DNA from: Centroscyllium fabricii
Taxonomy: Eukaryota
Length of the DNA stretch: 64,000 nucleotides
Direction: 5' to 3'
Assembly (NCBI GenBank): GCA_051313645.2
Contig: JBNRSN020000008.1
Location: 167,400,001 to 167,464,000 of the forward strand
The notes below the pieces were generated by a model, which was not told where the DNA came from, made no database searches, and saw only the letters and a program-made list of their open reading frames with translations. Positions 60,244-64,000 of this stretch are shown here, piece after piece. Numbering within the stretch: the stretch's first letter is position 1; each line of letters starts with the position of its first letter. The position numbers and the translations under genes are program-made.

Positions 60244-62372
60244 CTAAAGAGAATGAAGTGCTTAGATTAATGCGTGCACTGGCAGCGCTTTCATCAACAG
60301 ATCTTTGCTGCAACTAGGCAATATCAAGGTTAACCTCAGGGCCAGTCTTAATCTACGGCTCAAATCACAAGGTTGAGTTGTTCGCAAAATAAATGTGCCT
60401 GTAGAGTTCATGAGCAAGAAAAGCTGTAAATATGATGTGCATCATTTTATAAATAAACTATTTCTCTCTTCTAGACCAATGGTGTCCAATAGAAATTGCT
60501 GACTAGCCACAGGTGTGGTTGTGGTAACGCTGTTTTCACCACATGCACTAATTTTAGTCGAAAACACAATACAGGTAATGTTCTTCACCTGTATATTTAC
60601 TTAACAAACAGCTGCCATCATTCAGTGTGAAACTTGCAGTCTTTCACCAATGTTTGGAATTCAGGCATAAATTTATTAGATACAGCACATCTTATTGGAG
60701 CTTCGAGGTTTTTGTCCAGTAGCTGCTGGAGGGACTCGGACTTCATCAGAATCATTGCGGAGAATGTTGACTCGCATAACGAGAAGCGCCAGACTCACGA
60801 CAAGCTCTCGAGAACATTATGCGGCTTTCCCTTTGCCGTGCCGGAGCATACTTTCTTCTGCTGGCCTGAATACGATTATCGCTCTCTTCCATACAATGTT
60901 GCTGGTGTTTCCATGACACCTGTTCACCCATGTTACACACCATTTTAGCAGATAACCAATAAGCGGTAACCAAGGAGGAAAGCACACACAACAATACCTT
61001 CACTATTGCCATTTTGTCAAGAAACGCACAAAAAGATTACAAGTGCACATGCATATACCATGCAAATAGGAGTACAGGTCCAAGCACCATTAATCCAGAC
61101 ACCAGTGATCCGGAAACTTCAGTCGTCCAGAACTAATCACAGAAATTCCAATGACAAACACTCATGTTGTTCAGCACACTGTCAAATGACGCTAGCAATC
61201 AAAATTAGGTGTCTACAACTACATATCCTCTTTCTACTATTGCTTTGTCAAGAATGGTGCATTAATAGAGATACGACAATGGTGCATCATAAAACCATGA
61301 GGAATCACCTGTTAAGTTTATTACAGTCATATAAATTGGGCAGAGGAAGTTGAGAAATCACTGCACTTCTCGTCCAGGGCTGAATTCAATCTGGATCAAC
61401 TGACAGAAGTCTCTTCAAGGAGTTTGGCAATCCCAATTCAGATCAGTGTAGATAAAAGTCCAAAACACAGGAATGCCCATAATGTTGCACCAACCATCAC
61501 TGAACTGACAATCTCATTCAGATGACATTATAATTTCTGACTGATGTTGCTAGTTCAAAACCAATTACTGACAAATTAATAAATTAGAATGATTAGATAC
61601 TGAAAATAGCATCACTGCAGCAATAAGGAAAAAGGAACATGCACAGGAAGCTTTGTCCTCATCTGACTATTGCCATAGTTGATCTGGAAATGTTAGATGA
61701 GGATTGCATAAAAAGATGGAAAATGTGTCATCCCAGGTAGACACGGCAGTTTGCGGACTACAGAATGTCAAAGAATCTTGCTCTCATCATTTATGACCAA
61801 TGTATTGCATGTTGAAATCATTCAACGGCTTTACTTTAGGGTGTGTTTATGCTGCAATTTTAGCGAGCTTGCAAAATTATTTCTGTTTGTGCAACGGAAA
61901 GGTTGTAGCGTAAGTCAGTCGTCCAGACCCAACCCAACACCCGAGGGAAACGAGGAGGCATTCTCAACGCTTTGATTTTGACAGGTTTAAAATGCCCTCG
62001 GGGAGCTCCCCGAAATTCTTGGCAATTTTAAATATGCCTGCACTTCATTTAAATGTTCAGAAAGTAGCCACTGCATTCTCTAAACATTTAAAGTTTACCT
62101 GCTGGGGAAGGATTAACTGCATGCACAAAGTCTTCTCCTAGGCAGGACAACTAAAATACAAGAGAGGTGTGTAAGGGCACCATTAGACAGCTATCCTTTA
62201 AATAGAAATACTTCAGTTCCTACCCTCTCCCCCTTCCCCCATTAACTCAACAAACACACAGAACAAAATGAACAGCCAGTGAGAAAAAGTAAACATAAAA
62301 ATCACACTACATCCACAGATGCTGCCTGAACTGCTAAGTGTTTCTAGCATTTTCTGTTTTTATATCAGATTT

Positions 62373-63590
62373 CGCAACAAACAGGGTGGATAAAGGGGAA
62401 CCAGTGGATGTGGTGTATTTGGACTTCCAAAAAGGCATATGACAAGGTACCACACAAATGATTACTGCACAAGATTTAAAAAATCATGGAATTGGGGGTA
62501 ATATACTGGCATGGGTGGAAGATTGGCTATCTAACAGAAAATAGAGTTGGGATAAATGGTTCATTCTCAGGTTGGTAATCAGTAACCAGTGGTGTTCCAC
62601 AGGGTTCGGTGCTGGGACCCCAACTCTTTACAATCTATATTAACGATTTGGAGGAAGGGACCGAGTGCAACGTATCCAAGTTTGCCGACGATACAAAGAT
62701 AGGAGGGAAAGCAGTGAGTGAGGAGGACATAAAAAACCTTAAAAATGACAGACAGGCTAAGTGAGTGGGCAAAAATTTGGCAGATGGAATATAATGTTGG
62801 AAAGTGTGAGGTTATGCACTTTGGCAGAAAAAAAAATCAAAGAGCAAGTTATTATCTGCTGCAAAGTGTTACGGTACAAAGGGATCTGGGGGTCCTGGTG
62901 CATGAAACACAGAAGGTTTGTATGCAGGTACAGCAGGTGATCAGGAAGGCCAATGGAATCTTGGCTTTTATTGCAAGGGGATGGACTATAAAAGCAGGGA
63001 AGTCTTGTTGCAGTTATACAGGGTACTGGTGAGGCCACACCTGGAATACTGCGTAGTTTTGGTTTCCATATTTAAGAAAAGATATGCTTGCTCTCGAGGC
63101 AGTTCAGAGAAGGTTCACTTGGTTGATTCTGGAGAAGAGGGGGTTGACTTATGAAGAAAGGTTGAGTAGGTTGGGCCTCTACTCATTGGAGTTCAGAAGA
63201 ATGAGGTGCGATCTTATCAAAACATACAAGATTGTGAGGGGGCTTGATCAGGTGGATGTGGTGAGGATGTTTCCACTGGTGGGTGAGACAAGAACTAGGG
63301 GGCATAATCTTAGAATAAGGGGCTGCCCTTTCAAAACTGAGATGAGGAGAAACTTCTTCACCCGGAGGGTGGTAAATCTATGGGATTTACTACCTCAGAG
63401 CTGTGGAAGCTGCAACATTAAATAAATTTAAAACGGAGATAGACAGTTTCCTAACTGATAGGGGAATTAGGGGTTACGGGGAGAGGGCAGGGAAGTGGAC
63501 GGGAGTCTAAGTTCAGATCAGCCATGATCCTATTGAATGGCGGAGCAGGCCAGAGTATGGCCTACTCCTGCTCCTACTTCTTTTATTCTT
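62373..63590 (+). mobile_element. 5'-truncated CR1 LINE inserted in a Penelope-tail fragment
   Basis: RT and C-terminal motifs (ORFs 62745.., 63084..); host ..CAGATTTC|..|ATTTCCAGCATCC.. with ATTTC duplicated. Confidence 0.9.
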
Positions 63591-64000
63591 ATTTCCAGCA
63601 TCCCCAGTATTTTGCTTTAGATTTTGAGTGTTTAATTCCTGCCACTTCACTTCGAAGAATGCCCACCTTGAAGAGGTTCTGCTCTTCACATGACGTGATT
63701 TCCGTTTGTCTCTTAAATGGTTCACCTTCATTACTTTCCGTTTTCCTTCTCGTGTTTGATCAGGTATCTACAAAAACTCGCTTTCGCAGACACTTCTCTG
63801 GCTCAGACTTACTATACATGGATCCCAACTTCAATTCTACTTTTGTGTTTCAGATCCAGCCATGATTACAGGTATCTCCATGATCTGCAGCGTTTTGCGA
63901 ACCGCTGCCTTCGCCGTTTCCCAAGATCCATGCTGAACACTCACTTTTTTGGTAGCGGCTGCTGGTAATGGTTCTGCTGTAACCAGTTACTGCACCTCTG

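Noticed and set aside
63600-64000. ARMC8 canonical first exon or a plus-strand micro-exon (TTTCAG|ATCCAGCCATGATTACAG|GTATCT)
   Set aside because: No MACLLE-like N-terminal coding sequence found and no supporting neighbouring exons; splice-like motifs alone are insufficient

Overview
This is eukaryotic genomic DNA, not prokaryotic. The repeat content (HE1/V-SINE-like and Deu-domain SINEs, abundant CR1 LINEs, Penelope-like tails) points to a cartilaginous fish (shark or ray). The window lies inside one gene, ARMC8 (armadillo repeat-containing 8, the Gid5 subunit of the CTLH/GID E3 ligase), on the minus strand. I traced 15 consecutive GT-AG coding exons with consistent phases (1434 nt, 478 codons, EVTASSRHY...NGIWALM); exon numbering is inferred from human. 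The canonical first exon and the last exons lie outside the window. Most ORFs in the supplied track are LINE fragments or noise. The most notable items are: (1) a 2.4-kb internally deleted Academ(X)-type DNA transposon with long TIRs and stop-free XPG-like nuclease/Cys-rich frames; (2) the intronic read-through tail of the short ARMC8-beta isoform, apparently conserved from shark to human; (3) candidate cassette or terminal exons coupled to RNA hairpins in the 20-kb intron that separates beta from alpha; (4) Penelope-derived mini-elements with 12-bp TSDs, hammerhead ribozyme cores and a perfect 32-bp palindrome; (5) a TA-targeting MITE family packed with NRF1/YY1-like motifs; (6) an ORF1-less LINE with a tRNA-like SINE head. 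Family assignments are from motif recognition and memory, not database searches, and I cannot establish that any of these is undescribed.
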